Shown here: positions 38,845-39,011 of the stretch, piece after piece
Numbering within the stretch: the stretch's first letter is position 1
Layout of the letters: each line of letters starts with the position of its first letter
Source of the DNA: Gemmatimonadota bacterium
Lineage (GTDB): Bacteria > Gemmatimonadota > Gemmatimonadetes > Gemmatimonadales > GWC2-71-9
Length of the DNA: 39,011 nt
NCBI GenBank assembly: GCA_039588295.1
Contig: JBDHAB010000038.1
Span: 1-39,011, forward strand
Direction: 5' to 3'
Notes under the pieces: generated by a model
The model's input: the letters and a program-made list of their open reading frames with translations, nothing else
Database searches by the model: none
Told to the model about the DNA's origin: nothing
Translations under genes and position numbers: made by a program

Positions 38845-39011
38845 TCGCCTCCCGGGGACGGGGCACGGCGGGCTGATTCGTGTAGGGCGCGAGTTCAGCG
38901 AGCTCATCCTGCCAGAACCGGCGATGCTGCAACCCGTCGTGCGGGATGCGAAGATCGGGATCGTCCACGACCCGATCGCCAAACCGCACGATGTCCAGAT
39001 CGAGTGTGCGC
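38831..39011 (-). CDS. folK: HPPK (FolK), 3' part only
   Basis: Manual translation from 39010: RTLDLDIVRFGDRVVDDPDLRIPHDGLQHRRFW, matching the RxxDLDI and IPH motifs; stop at 38831-38833. Absent from the ORF track because the start lies outside the window. Confidence 0.85.
   Translation of the reverse strand, partial: RTLDLDIVRFGDRVVDDPDLRIPHDGLQHRRFWQDELAELAPYTNQPAVPRPREASAES

Noticed and set aside
37880..38982. ORF-track N-terminal extensions of LytR_C (to 38797) and YqeK-like (to 38982)
   Set aside because: They overlap the neighbouring real genes; GTG starts at 38287 and 38844 fit the domain boundaries.

Overview
High-GC bacterial DNA, inferred to be Gemmatimonadota-like from gene content (SusC/SusD outside Bacteroidota context, VWGxSxxDVFAVG propeller lipoprotein). 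Four parts. (1) 1-5740: accessory + strand run of five unrelated exported proteins. Three are preceded by a shared 97-138 bp leader repeat (hairpin, small hairpin, RBS, start codon, Arg-Arg), and most of the block is bracketed by a 27-bp direct repeat ending in the leader's own first bases GCCCCG. This looks like an integrase-less cassette-like array and is the best candidate for a new system. (2) 5797-28084: about 22 kb of co-directional minus-strand genes: aspS (frame-disrupted), phoH, 7TM-HD hydrolase, ybeY, two CNNM/CBS proteins, DUF502, mgtE, meaB, a B12 mutase with isobutyryl-CoA mutase signature residues split around a GGQ-less baeRF/eRF1-like gene, carboxyltransferase, TPP-II-like S8 lipoprotein, AtuA pair, crotonase, lipoprotein, GNAT. 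(3) 28402-30368: exported protein and rlmN. (4) A roughly 7.5 kb insert (stand-alone plug, frame-disrupted SusC, SusD, D-aminoacylase remnant, atypical GGT) flanked by a 129-bp diverged direct repeat that duplicates the former rlmN/LytR_C convergent overlap, followed by LytR_C, yqeK-like and partial folK. No rRNA, tRNA, CRISPR, integrase or transposase was recognised.
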